From an uncultured Clostridia bacterium (GTDB lineage: Bacteria > Bacillota > Clostridia > Christensenellales > Aristaeellaceae): a stretch of 64,000 bases of DNA. Within the stretch, counting starts at the first letter, position 1, and each line of letters opens with the position of its first letter. Below are positions 1 through 9,215 of the stretch, piece by piece. The notes under the pieces were generated by a model, which saw only the letters and a program-made list of their open reading frames with translations, was not told the origin of the DNA and did not search any database. The DNA is taken from the NCBI GenBank assembly GCA_934636105.1, contig CAKTZR010000013.1:6019-70018 (forward strand), in the 5' to 3' direction. Made by a program: the position numbers and the translations under genes.

Positions 1-1
1 G

Positions 2-2110
2 CCGGTCATCTCTCCGTCGCAGGATATGGTTATCGGCTGCTACTACCTGAGCTGCATCCGTCCGGGCGCGAAGGGCGAGGGCCGCTGCTTCGCCAACGAG
101 GATGAGGCCATGATGGCCTACCTCTGCGGACAGATCGACTTGCAGAGCCGCATCACTGTGCGTATCGCGCGCAAGTGGGACGGCGAGGTTACGCCGGAAT
201 ATCTGGCGGAGAACAACATCACCGGCGGTAACCGCGACAACATCTACTACAAGCGCATCGAGACCTGCCTGGGCCGCCTGATTCTCAACAGCAACGTGCC
301 GCAGGACATGGGCTTCAAGCCGCGCAACACGCTCAACGACATGTTTGCGCTGGAAATCGACATGAAGGTTGGCAAGAAGCAGCTGGGCCAGATTGTCGAT
401 ATGTGCTTCCGCAAGCACGGCGTGGCGGAAACCGCCCGCGTGCTGGACAACGTGAAGGCGATGGGCTACAAGTATTCCACCATCGGCGCCGTCACCGTGG
501 CCGTGGCCGACGTTATCGTGCCGCCGGAGAAGAAGCCGATTCTGGAAGCCTCCGAAAAGGAAGTCCGCGCGATTGAAAAGCAGTTCAAGCGCGGCCTGCT
601 CACCGATGAGGAGCGCTATGAGCGCGTCGTCAAGGTTTGGAGCAGAACGACGGACGACGTCAAGAGCAAGATCATGGATCACATGGACGAGTTCAACCCG
701 ATCCGCATGATGACGGATTCCGGCGCTCGTGGTTCCATTTCCCAGGTCTCCCAGCTCGCCGGCATGCGCGGCATGATGGCGTCCCCGACCGGCCGTCCGC
801 TGGAAATGCCTGTTAAGGCGAACTTCCGCGAGGGCCTGACGGTTCTGGAATTCTTCCAGAGCTCTCACGGCAGCCGTAAGGCGCTGTCCGATACGGCTCT
901 GCGTACCGCGGACTCTGGCTACCTGACCCGCCGTCTGGTTGACGTTTCTCAGGAGGTTATCGTCCGCGAGCGCGACTGCTTCGCCAGCCGCCACGAGAAG
1001 ATCCGCGGCATCACCGTGACCGCCATCGGTTCGGAGAAGGACCCGATCGAGAAGCTGATCGACCGTATCGTTGGCCGCGTTGCGGCGGAGGATATCGTCA
1101 ACCCGATGACGGGCGAGGTGATCGTGCCGTGCAACGAGATGATTTCCTACGACAAGGGCAACGAGATCATCGACTGCGGCATCAAGGCTGTGCAGATTCG
1201 TTCCGTGCTGACCTGCCGCAACGAGACCGGCGTCTGCGTCAAGTGCTATGGTCAGGATTTGGCGCACGGCGGCTATGTGAACGTCGGCGAGGCCGTCGGC
1301 ATCGTGGCCGCGCAGGCCATCGGCGAGCCGGGCACGCAGCTGACGATGCGTACCTTCCATACCGGCGGCGTTGCTTCCGAAAAGGATATCACGCAGGGTC
1401 TTCCGCGCGTTGAGGAGCTGTTCGAAGCGCGCAAGCCGAAGCGCGAGGCCATGCTGGCGGAAATCTCCGGCACGATCTCCATCGGCGAGAACAAGAAGAA
1501 GCGCGAGATGATTATCACCAGCGACGACGGCACGATGAAGGCCTATCCGATCGCCTACGGCAGCCGCCTGAAGGTGAAGGAAGGCGACCGCGTTGTGGCG
1601 GGCGACGAACTGACCGAAGGCCAGATCAACCCGCACGACCTGCTGCGTATCCTCGGCGTGAAGGCCGTTCAGGAACACCTGCTCAAGGAAGTTCTGATGG
1701 TTTACCGTCTCCAGGGCGTTGGCATCGGCGACAAGCACATCGAGGTCATCGTCCATCAGATGCTGCGCAAGGTTCGCGTTGAGGATGCGGGCGACACCAG
1801 CATGCTGCCCGGCTCGATGGTGGATATCTTCCACTTCGAGAAGGAGAACGAGAAGACCATCATGAACGGCGGCCGTCCGGCTGTGGCAAAGCGTATCCTG
1901 CTGGGCATTACCAAGGCTGCGCTGGCGACCGAGTCCTTCCTCTCCGCCGCTTCCTTCCAGGAGACGACGCGCGTGCTGACCGAAGCCGCGATCAAGGGCA
2001 AGGAAGATCCGCTCGTCGGCCTGAAAGAGAATGTCATCATCGGCAAGCTCATTCCGGCCGGTACGGGTATGCCGCGCTACAAGGATGTCGAAGTCAAGGA
2101 AATGTATTAA
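2..2110 (+). CDS. rpoC: DNA-directed RNA polymerase subunit beta' (C-terminal ~700 aa; 5' end lies outside the window)
   Basis: The frame is open from the window edge (nt 2: [16 protein letters not shown]...) to the stop at 2108-2110. It carries hallmark beta' segments ([54 protein letters not shown]). Confidence 0.95.
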   Translation, partial: PVISPSQDMVIGCYYLSCIRPGAKGEGRCFANEDEAMMAYLCGQIDLQSRITVRIARKWDGEVTPEYLAENNITGGNRDNIYYKRIETCLGRLILNSNVPQDMGFKPRNTLNDMFALEIDMKVGKKQLGQIVDMCFRKHGVAETARVLDNVKAMGYKYSTIGAVTVAVADVIVPPEKKPILEASEKEVRAIEKQFKRGLLTDEERYERVVKVWSRTTDDVKSKIMDHMDEFNPIRMMTDSGARGSISQVSQLAGMRGMMASPTGRPLEMPVKANFREGLTVLEFFQSSHGSRKALSDTALRTADSGYLTRRLVDVSQEVIVRERDCFASRHEKIRGITVTAIGSEKDPIEKLIDRIVGRVAAEDIVNPMTGEVIVPCNEMISYDKGNEIIDCGIKAVQIRSVLTCRNETGVCVKCYGQDLAHGGYVNVGEAVGIVAAQAIGEPGTQLTMRTFHTGGVASEKDITQGLPRVEELFEARKPKREAMLAEISGTISIGENKKKREMIITSDDGTMKAYPIAYGSRLKVKEGDRVVAGDELTEGQINPHDLLRILGVKAVQEHLLKEVLMVYRLQGVGIGDKHIEVIVHQMLRKVRVEDAGDTSMLPGSMVDIFHFEKENEKTIMNGGRPAVAKRILLGITKAALATESFLSAASFQETTRVLTEAAIKGKEDPLVGLKENVIIGKLIPAGTGMPRYKDVEVKEMY

Positions 2111-2129
2111 ACCTGAAAAGGGTATAAAG

Positions 2130-2168
2130 AAACAGAGCGCTCCGAGAGATCGGAGCGCTCTGTTTCTT
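2130..2168. terminator. Bidirectional rho-independent terminator between convergent rpoC and the AraC-family gene
   Basis: Perfect 15-bp stem AAACAGAGCGCTCCG / CGGAGCGCTCTGTTT with a 6-nt loop. It has A/T runs on both sides. Confidence 0.75.
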
Positions 2169-2241
2169 GCTATATACGGTGCTTTTCAGCTGCTGCAACG
2201 AGCAGGCTTAGGAAAGTAAGAACGACGAAGATGATTTCGGT

Positions 2242-3138
2242 TCACTTTGACAGTCTGCGAAATTCCAACGGAGGAACGCCGTAGACTTCCGCAAAAACCT
2301 TGGCAAATTTCCCCTGGTTCTCATAGCCCACCATGTCCGCAATCTCAATGACCTTCAGCGTCGTGGATTCCAGCAGCTCAGCCGCCTTTTCCATTCGCTT
2401 TTTCCGAAAGTAATTCAGATAGCTGTCCCCCAGAATTCCTTTCACATAGAACTTGAAGCTGCTTTCGCTGACGCCGAACCGATCTGCCAGCTCTTTTGCC
2501 GTGATCCGTCGAGACAGGTCGCCCAAAATCAATGCTTCCGCCTCTTTCACAATAGCGATCTGTGACCGGGTAAAGTAAGTATCCGGTTCGCTCTCTATGG
2601 GCATGGACATCAATTCATGCAAAAGGCGGACGGTCAGGTATCGCAGTGCGCCGATCTCCGGGTCGTCCTTTCCTGCCCAGGCGTCTGCCGCAAGCGCACG
2701 AAGCGCATCATTCATTTGGTGCAGGTACAGCCCGTTTTTTCCGCAGAATACTTCTACGACTTGTTCGAGCGAGACGCCCATCTCCGAGAGAAAGTCCTGC
2801 CCCTCTGCATCGTGCAGAATGTCAAGGTCCAAATAGAGTTGGATGCCTTCGTACAGCCTTCCGGGATAGTAGAAGTCCTTGGCGGGCAGTACGGTGCTGA
2901 CGCAGACCTGATTTTCCTTCACAATGGCATACCGGTTTTGCGCAAGAGAAACATCGCATCGACCATGAATGCAGAAATTAAGGATCAGCATTCGTTCCCC
3001 AAAGATAGAGCTGTCTCCTTTTTCCCAGCTGCTTGTATAGATTTCGTTGAATGAAATACGAATACCCGGCGCTAACGTGTAGAGATCCAGCACTCCCTCG
3101 TTTTCCTTTTGAAAGGTAAGATGATTTTGTATATTCAT
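2242..3138 (-). CDS. AraC-family transcriptional regulator
   Basis: 298-aa ORF. The C-terminal ~100 aa form the typical double HTH (ITAKELADRFGVSESSFKFYVK ... IEIADMVGYENQGKFAKVFAEVYGVPPLEFRR). The N-terminal ~180 aa form a ligand/dimerisation-type domain. Confidence 0.85.
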   Translation of the reverse strand: MNIQNHLTFQKENEGVLDLYTLAPGIRISFNEIYTSSWEKGDSSIFGERMLILNFCIHGRCDVSLAQNRYAIVKENQVCVSTVLPAKDFYYPGRLYEGIQLYLDLDILHDAEGQDFLSEMGVSLEQVVEVFCGKNGLYLHQMNDALRALAADAWAGKDDPEIGALRYLTVRLLHELMSMPIESEPDTYFTRSQIAIVKEAEALILGDLSRRITAKELADRFGVSESSFKFYVKGILGDSYLNYFRKKRMEKAAELLESTTLKVIEIADMVGYENQGKFAKVFAEVYGVPPLEFRRLSK

Positions 3139-3221
3139 AATATCATTTTAAGGAACTTCTTAGCGTATAAAATACTTTATAAGACAATAACCCCGTTAAA
3201 CCCCCCTTTGACGAGCGCCTT

Positions 3222-4355
3222 TTATTCCAGCGCAAGCCCCGGATCATCATGCGCGGGCAAATCCTCGAATGGGACGACGGCGATGGGGTTTAAATAATCG
3301 TCAGCGATGACGTAGGCGTTTCCAAGCGCATCGAGCGTGACATCATACAGATGAATGGCACGGGTGGTAAAATCGCGAATGTCGCGGGAGAGAATATGGC
3401 CCTGCGCGTCAAGCTCAAGCCGAAAAACGGTGAAAAGACCGCGCGAGTTGGCCATTGCCGTGCCATAGAGCACAACCGAGCCAGCCGCAGACGGGCATGC
3501 TGCCTGAACGCTGACGACGGTTTCTGGCGCGGCGAGCGTCTTCTGATAGAGCACGCGATTATGGACATCCAGCCGGGTGATCTGTGCGACAGTGTAGTTC
3601 TCAAACGGCGCGGTGCAGATGACAAGGCCGCCGTCCGCATCAAATTCAATCGTATTGTTGGATGCGCCGACGTAAGGCGATTGAACCGCCTGCTCGGAGA
3701 GCAGCTCTCCTGTTTTGGAGAAGGTGCGCAGAAGCATGTCCCCATGTATACCGATTAGGGCGTTGGGCGAATCGGGAACGGTATCGAGGGTCACGACGCG
3801 CAGCGTGCCGTTGGGCAGGAGCGCCGCGGCAGGCAGGATATAGCGCTTTTCGCTATCGAGCGGGTAGCTGAATTTCAGATTGCCCTCCCAATCCAAAAGC
3901 TCGATGGCCGGGGAGGATGATCCGTTCAAAATGCAGATGCCGTAATCCATAAGAACGGTTTGCCAGCGGTGATCCATCAGCTGAAGCAGAGGAGATGGCC
4001 CGCTGTTGGTCAGCCGAACATACTGTATGCCGAGCATGGGATCGCCGCGATAGGCCAGCGCGTAGCCATAGCAGTTCGCGTTCATCAGAAAGGCGGAAAA
4101 CAGCTTCCATTCGTCGTTTTCGTCAAAGGTTTTGCTGAATACAGTTTGGCCGTTTTCGACCAGCTCGATGGAGGACGGGAATTTGCCGCTGCTCATCCCG
4201 TTGTCGTGACGGACGAGAACCAGGACGGGCTGAATGGGTGTGACGCGCGCATAGGCGTCGCTGGTCACCTCGTAAGGAATCAAGCTGATTTCCGCCAACG
4301 CGCACGCTCCCATAAGCATCAGAAGAAAAATCAGCGCAAAGCCATACTTTTTCAT
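3222..4355 (-). CDS. Secreted protein of unknown function, paralog 1 of 4 (tandem family)
   Basis: 377 aa. It has an N-terminal signal peptide (MKKYGFALIFLLMLMGACALA/EI). An AGGAG site follows the upstream stop directly. The C-terminal block RGLFTVFRLELDAQGHILSRDIRDFTTRA...IAVVPFEDLPAHDDPGLALE is shared with the three upstream genes. Confidence 0.8.
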   Translation of the reverse strand: MKKYGFALIFLLMLMGACALAEISLIPYEVTSDAYARVTPIQPVLVLVRHDNGMSSGKFPSSIELVENGQTVFSKTFDENDEWKLFSAFLMNANCYGYALAYRGDPMLGIQYVRLTNSGPSPLLQLMDHRWQTVLMDYGICILNGSSSPAIELLDWEGNLKFSYPLDSEKRYILPAAALLPNGTLRVVTLDTVPDSPNALIGIHGDMLLRTFSKTGELLSEQAVQSPYVGASNNTIEFDADGGLVICTAPFENYTVAQITRLDVHNRVLYQKTLAAPETVVSVQAACPSAAGSVVLYGTAMANSRGLFTVFRLELDAQGHILSRDIRDFTTRAIHLYDVTLDALGNAYVIADDYLNPIAVVPFEDLPAHDDPGLALE

Positions 4356-4366
4356 AGGATTCTCCT

Positions 4367-5488
4367 TTATTCCAGCATAAGCCCCGGATCGTCGTGCGCG
4401 GGCAAATCCTCGAACGGGACGACGGCGATGGGGTAATCATCCGTGTCTCTGGTGACGGCGTAAAGGTTGCCGAGGGTATCCAACACTTCGTCATAGCGAT
4501 AGGTCGCGTGAGTCGTAAAATCGCGAATGTCGCGGGAGAGAATATTTCCCTGTGCATCGACATGCAGCTTGAAAATTGTGAACAGCCCGCGGGATTTGGC
4601 GACGGCCGAACCCATCAAAACGGTTTCATGGTCGGGCAGAAACTGAACCTGGGAGACGGCGACGATGGAGTTGGGCGCGCTGAGCGTCTTGCTCCAAAGC
4701 AGCGCGTTCTGCTCGTCCACACAGTTCAGCACGGAGGATTGATAGGGATCGCCGACCTGATATTGGCAAAGTACGTTGCCCTCGTCCGAAAAAAAGACCC
4801 TGGGGATGATCGCGTCGGTTGAATGGGGAAGAAGCAGATCGGAGAGCAGTGATCCGTCTGACAAAAGGCGCTGAACATGAAGGCCGTCTTCACAGTCGGG
4901 AACATAGGCAAGCGTGCCGTTGGGCCAAACGGTGTAGGCGTAAGGCGCGGACAAGGCAAGCGGAAGGGACGTGCTGGAAATCAAGTCGCCCTCCAGGTAA
5001 TAGCGATCGATGAATTGCGCGTCGCCCTCATGGCGCCGATTCAAAATGGAATCCGACGTGAAGCGATAATAGCCGGTGCCGCTGTTCAAGGTCATGCCCT
5101 TCGTCAAACCGTTGCCCAAAAGCAGCTGAAAGCGAACGGGACGGACAGTTTCAGTGTTCGGCTGGCAGGTAATCAGCCCATAGCGCGTAGGGCTGGCGGC
5201 GAAAAGCTCGTAAATCTGGCGCGTACCATCCTCTGCGTAGTCCGGCAATTCGATTTGCAGGCCGACTTTTCCTTTGTCATAGAGCGTGATGGAGGTCGGC
5301 AGGGTGTTTTCGTTGCTGCTGCCATAAGTTTTGTCAGTCAGCACAAGCGTCAGCGTGGGCGAGATAACCTGAACGGACGAGCCGTATTCGCTGGGCAGCT
5401 CATAAGGCGTGAGGTCGATTTCCGCGGCGGCGCAGGCGGAAACGAGTAAAAGCAGCGCGAAAAGAACGGCGGAAAAAGATGATTTCAT
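4367..5488 (-). CDS. Secreted protein of unknown function, paralog 2 of 4
   Basis: 373 aa. Signal peptide with a possible lipobox (LLLVSAC) or AxA site (AAA/EI). AAGGAGG RBS. Conserved N-terminal EIDLTPYE and C-terminal ...SRGLFTIFKLHVDAQGNILSRDIRDFTTHA...IAVVPFEDLPAHDDPGLMLE. Confidence 0.8.
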   Translation of the reverse strand: MKSSFSAVLFALLLLVSACAAAEIDLTPYELPSEYGSSVQVISPTLTLVLTDKTYGSSNENTLPTSITLYDKGKVGLQIELPDYAEDGTRQIYELFAASPTRYGLITCQPNTETVRPVRFQLLLGNGLTKGMTLNSGTGYYRFTSDSILNRRHEGDAQFIDRYYLEGDLISSTSLPLALSAPYAYTVWPNGTLAYVPDCEDGLHVQRLLSDGSLLSDLLLPHSTDAIIPRVFFSDEGNVLCQYQVGDPYQSSVLNCVDEQNALLWSKTLSAPNSIVAVSQVQFLPDHETVLMGSAVAKSRGLFTIFKLHVDAQGNILSRDIRDFTTHATYRYDEVLDTLGNLYAVTRDTDDYPIAVVPFEDLPAHDDPGLMLE

Positions 5489-5503
5489 GCGGGCTTCCTC
5501 CTT

Positions 5504-6628
5504 TTATTCCAGCACAAGGCCGGGGTCGTCGTGAATGGGCAAATCCTCGAAGGGGACGGCGGCGACAAGATGATCGGGATCGGAGGACAGGGTTTTGGCA
5601 TAGAGATTATCCTGCATATCGAGTGTGACGGTATACAAATAGGTTGAGCGCGTCGTGAAATCGCGGATATCGCGCGAAACGATGCTGCCGCTTGCGTCGA
5701 TTTTCAGCTTGAACACGGTGAACAGCTTGCGGGAATTGGCCATCGCCGTGCCATAGAGCCAAAGCGAATCGCCGCACAGTTTCATATGGGAGACGGAAAC
5801 AATGGTTTTGTCGGCGCGCAGAGCCTTGGCCCAGAGGATGCGCCCCTGCGCGTCGAAGCGAATGAGCTTGTCGTAAAAGTAGCGCGAATCATCGGAGGTG
5901 TGAAGAACGACTACGCCGCTTCCATCGTCAAACAGCTGACCGGAGAGGGGCGTGATGTCATCTGCTTGGGCGAGCTTGACGGATGTGGACGAGCCGTCCG
6001 GCTGAATGCGATAAAGCGACGCGATGGAGCCTTCTTCAAAAAAATAGTCACGAACAAGAATGGACAGCGAGCCGTCGGGCAGAGGCGCATAGCCAAGCCC
6101 GGTGGGCCGTGCGGTATTCAGCGGCGCTTCGAATTGCAGATGGCCCTGTTCATCATACAGACAGACGGAAGCGTTTTGGTCGCCGTTGCCTTGACGAATG
6201 GCGTATACGCCTCCGGAGAACAGCCAGGGGCTGATTGCATCGCTCGGCAGAGTGAAAAGCGGCTTGTCGCCGTTGGCGGTGATTTGAACATACTGCCGGA
6301 AGAGGTCTTCGCCCTCCCATTTGAACAAGATATAGCCCATGGTGCTTTCATCCAAGGCAAAAATGTCGAACAGCCGAAGCTCTGCGTCGTCGTCAAAAAC
6401 TTTTTCATAGGTCTTTTGGCCGTTGTTCCACAGCGTGACGGAGGTGGGCGCCTGCCCGTCGTTGATGATTCCGTCGTTCTGCACGAGGTACAGGCCCGGA
6501 TGAAACAGAATGGTATAAGAAGCATGGACGGCGGATGGGATTTCGTAGGGCTTCAGGTCGATCTGCGCCAAAGCGGACGAAGAAAGCAGCAGCAGAGCGA
6601 AAAAGACGGCCGGAAAAAAGCGTTTCAT
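5504..6628 (-). CDS. Secreted protein of unknown function, paralog 3 of 4
   Basis: 374 aa. Signal peptide (ALA/QIDLKPYE). AAGGAGGAG RBS. Conserved C-terminal ...SRKLFTVFKLKIDASGSIVSRDIRDFTTRS...AAVPFEDLPIHDDPGLVLE. Confidence 0.8.
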   Translation of the reverse strand: MKRFFPAVFFALLLLSSSALAQIDLKPYEIPSAVHASYTILFHPGLYLVQNDGIINDGQAPTSVTLWNNGQKTYEKVFDDDAELRLFDIFALDESTMGYILFKWEGEDLFRQYVQITANGDKPLFTLPSDAISPWLFSGGVYAIRQGNGDQNASVCLYDEQGHLQFEAPLNTARPTGLGYAPLPDGSLSILVRDYFFEEGSIASLYRIQPDGSSTSVKLAQADDITPLSGQLFDDGSGVVVLHTSDDSRYFYDKLIRFDAQGRILWAKALRADKTIVSVSHMKLCGDSLWLYGTAMANSRKLFTVFKLKIDASGSIVSRDIRDFTTRSTYLYTVTLDMQDNLYAKTLSSDPDHLVAAVPFEDLPIHDDPGLVLE

Positions 6629-6644
6629 GAAATGCTCCTCCTTT

Positions 6645-7778
6645 TCATTCCAGGATCAATTCAATATCGTCGCGGGTGGGCAAAGCTTCAAAGGGCACGA
6701 CGGCGATGCGGTTTTCATCTTTTGTGACGACATACGCGTTGCCGAGGGGATCGAGCTGAACCTGATATTGATCGCCTGCGCGGGTGGTGAAATCGCGAAC
6801 GTCGCGGGAAAGGATGCGCCCGAATGTGTCCAGCTCCAGCTTGAATGCGCGGAAAAGATTTTGGGAGTCCCGCTCGGCTATGCCGTAAACCGTGGCAGAG
6901 CCGTCATCATGCAGAATGGCTTGATGAACGAAGATGTTGACGTTTGCTGCTTTCAGACTTTCAGCAAAGCGCAGTTGACCTTGAGCATCCGAACAAGCAA
7001 GAAAGCAAAAATACGGCTCGCGGCGCTTGGCAAGTTTGGCCACAGCATAAGACAGCATGCCGCCGTTAGGCGAAAATGCACCGGAAGGGATGATGCTTGT
7101 ATTTGATAGAGAAATGGGAACGGAGGAAAGCAGCCCGCCGTCGGGAGAAAGACGCAGATGATATAGCTTGCATGGATTATGCGAATCGCCGATATCGTAG
7201 GCGATGTAAGCGATGCTTTTGTCGTTCAGAACGGTGAAACCGCTGTATAACGTGGCTTCAATCGCAGAAATCGGTGTGGAGGAGAGCAAAGCGCCGCTCC
7301 AATCCAGGTGTTCGATGAGATACAGGTCGTCCTGTTTGCGCAGAATGCAGGGACCATCGGGCAGAACAGAAAGGCTGGATAAACGGTCGCTCAAGGAAAA
7401 GCCTTCGGAGAGCACGCCGTTTTCCAAAAGCTGACAGCGCGTGAAAGACGTGCTGTCATAACTCATCAGACCGTAACGATCTTTGTCCGCCGCAAAGAGA
7501 ACGTAAAAGGTGCGAAATTCGCTGTTGTCGGCGTAATCCGGCAGGTATTGTTCAAATACCTTTTGCCCATGGTCGAGCAGAACGAGCGCCGTCGGCAGCT
7601 GGCCGCCGTTCATGATGCCGTCGTGAAGCACCAGATACACGTCCGGCGCAAGAATTTCAACGGCAGAAAAGCGGGCGCTTTCGATTTCATACGGTTTCAA
7701 ATCGATCTCCGCCAAAGCGGATGCGGAAAGCAGCAGCACCGTTAGCAAAGCTGCAAAGAAGCGGCATTTGGTCAGCAT
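6645..7778 (-). CDS. Secreted protein of unknown function, paralog 4 of 4 (most divergent)
   Basis: The start is moved to the ATG at 7778 (MLTKCRFFAALL...), which follows GGGAGG plus 7 nt. The track start at 7823 has no RBS. Signal peptide ALA/EIDLKPYE. C-terminal ...NLFRAFKLELDTFGRILSRDVRDFTTRA...IAVVPFEALPTRDDIELILE. Confidence 0.75.
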   Translation of the reverse strand: MLTKCRFFAALLTVLLLSASALAEIDLKPYEIESARFSAVEILAPDVYLVLHDGIMNGGQLPTALVLLDHGQKVFEQYLPDYADNSEFRTFYVLFAADKDRYGLMSYDSTSFTRCQLLENGVLSEGFSLSDRLSSLSVLPDGPCILRKQDDLYLIEHLDWSGALLSSTPISAIEATLYSGFTVLNDKSIAYIAYDIGDSHNPCKLYHLRLSPDGGLLSSVPISLSNTSIIPSGAFSPNGGMLSYAVAKLAKRREPYFCFLACSDAQGQLRFAESLKAANVNIFVHQAILHDDGSATVYGIAERDSQNLFRAFKLELDTFGRILSRDVRDFTTRAGDQYQVQLDPLGNAYVVTKDENRIAVVPFEALPTRDDIELILE

Positions 7779-7863
7779 ACAAAAACCTCCCTGTATGTTG
7801 TCTATACTTATAAGACGACACACAGAGAGGAAAATTTCATCAATTTTTTAATTTTTAGAACTC

Positions 7864-9075
7864 TTACTCGCCCAGCATCAAAAGCTCGACCATCTTCGCG
7901 CAGCGATCCATGCTCTCTACTGCGATGTGCTCATACGGGCCGTGGAAAGCGAAGCCGCCGGTGCAGAGATTCGGCGTGGGCAGACCCATGTAGGAGAGCC
8001 GGCAGCCGTCCGTGCCGCCGCGCACCGCCTCGATGAACGGCTTCATGCCCGCCTGCTCACAGGCGCGCTTCGCATTTTCAACCAGCTCCATGTGGTCGGC
8101 CAGCTTTTCAGCCATGTTGTAGTAACTGTCCTTGAGCGTGAGGGTGACGACCTTGCGGCCGTATTTTTCGTTGATGACCTTTGCGGCGTGCTCCATCAGC
8201 TTCTTGCGCGCTTCGAAGGTTGCACGATCGTGGTCGCGGACGATGTAATGCAGCTCGGCCTGCTCCACGTCGCCCTTCATGTCGCACAGGTGGAAGAAGC
8301 CCTCGTAGCCCTCCGTCAGCCGCGGAATGTCGGAAGCGGGGAGCAGCCCGTTGAACTCCATCGCAACCAGCGCTGCGTTAATCATCGTGTCCTTCGAAGA
8401 ACCGGGATGCACGCTCAAGCCCTCGAAATGCACGTCCGCCGAGCAGGCGTTAAAGGTTTCATAGGCGATTTCGCCCTCCTCGCCGCCGTCCACCGTGTAG
8501 GCGAAGGTCGCGCCGAATTTGGCCACATCGAAGTGATCCACGCCCGCGCCGATTTCCTCATCCGGCGTGAAGGCGATGCAGAGTTTGCCGTGCGGGGCTT
8601 TGCTGGCGATGACGGCTCCCAGAGCGGTCATGATTTCCGCAATGCCCGCCTTGTCGTCCGCGCCGAGCAGGGTCGTGCCGTCCGTCGTGATGAGCGTCAT
8701 CCCCGCCAGTTTCTTGAGACCGGGGAAGGCCGCCGGGCTGAGCGTTTCGCCGCTGCCGGGAAGCGCCACGTCGCCGCCGTCGTAGTGCTCGATGATCTGC
8801 GGTTTCACGTTTTCGCCGGAGCAATCCGGTGCGGTATCCATGTGGGCGATGAAACCGAGCGCGGGCCTGCCTTCGCAGCCCGGCGTTGCGGACAGCCAGC
8901 CGTAAACAATGCCATTTTCATCGACATGGACGTTTTCAAGGCCGAGGGCGTTCAGCTCGTCCACCAGGATGTGCGCCAGATCGTATTGACGCATGGAGCT
9001 GGGGACGGTGGTGCTGTCCGGGTCGGAGGTGGTGTAAACCGAAACATATTTGAGCAGACGTTCGTATGCGCGCAT
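7864..9075 (-). CDS. pepT: Peptidase T (tripeptide aminopeptidase, M20B family)
   Basis: 403 aa. The N-terminus MRAYERLLKYVSVYTTSDPDS..., metal-ligand contexts (FIAHMDTAPD, GADDKAGIAEIM, FTPDEEIG) and the C-terminal FHGPYE are typical of PepT. Confidence 0.9.
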   Translation of the reverse strand: MRAYERLLKYVSVYTTSDPDSTTVPSSMRQYDLAHILVDELNALGLENVHVDENGIVYGWLSATPGCEGRPALGFIAHMDTAPDCSGENVKPQIIEHYDGGDVALPGSGETLSPAAFPGLKKLAGMTLITTDGTTLLGADDKAGIAEIMTALGAVIASKAPHGKLCIAFTPDEEIGAGVDHFDVAKFGATFAYTVDGGEEGEIAYETFNACSADVHFEGLSVHPGSSKDTMINAALVAMEFNGLLPASDIPRLTEGYEGFFHLCDMKGDVEQAELHYIVRDHDRATFEARKKLMEHAAKVINEKYGRKVVTLTLKDSYYNMAEKLADHMELVENAKRACEQAGMKPFIEAVRGGTDGCRLSYMGLPTPNLCTGGFAFHGPYEHIAVESMDRCAKMVELLMLGE

Positions 9076-9215
9076 GAAGATCGCTCTCCTTTTGATGATT
9101 GATGGATGTATTATAGCAGAGTTTGACAGAAAAATGAAGGGATAGGAGAAGAAAGGGATGACAGGAAAGAAGTGAAGCTATATAATAGAAAATAGGAAAC
9201 GTGGAGGAAAAATAG

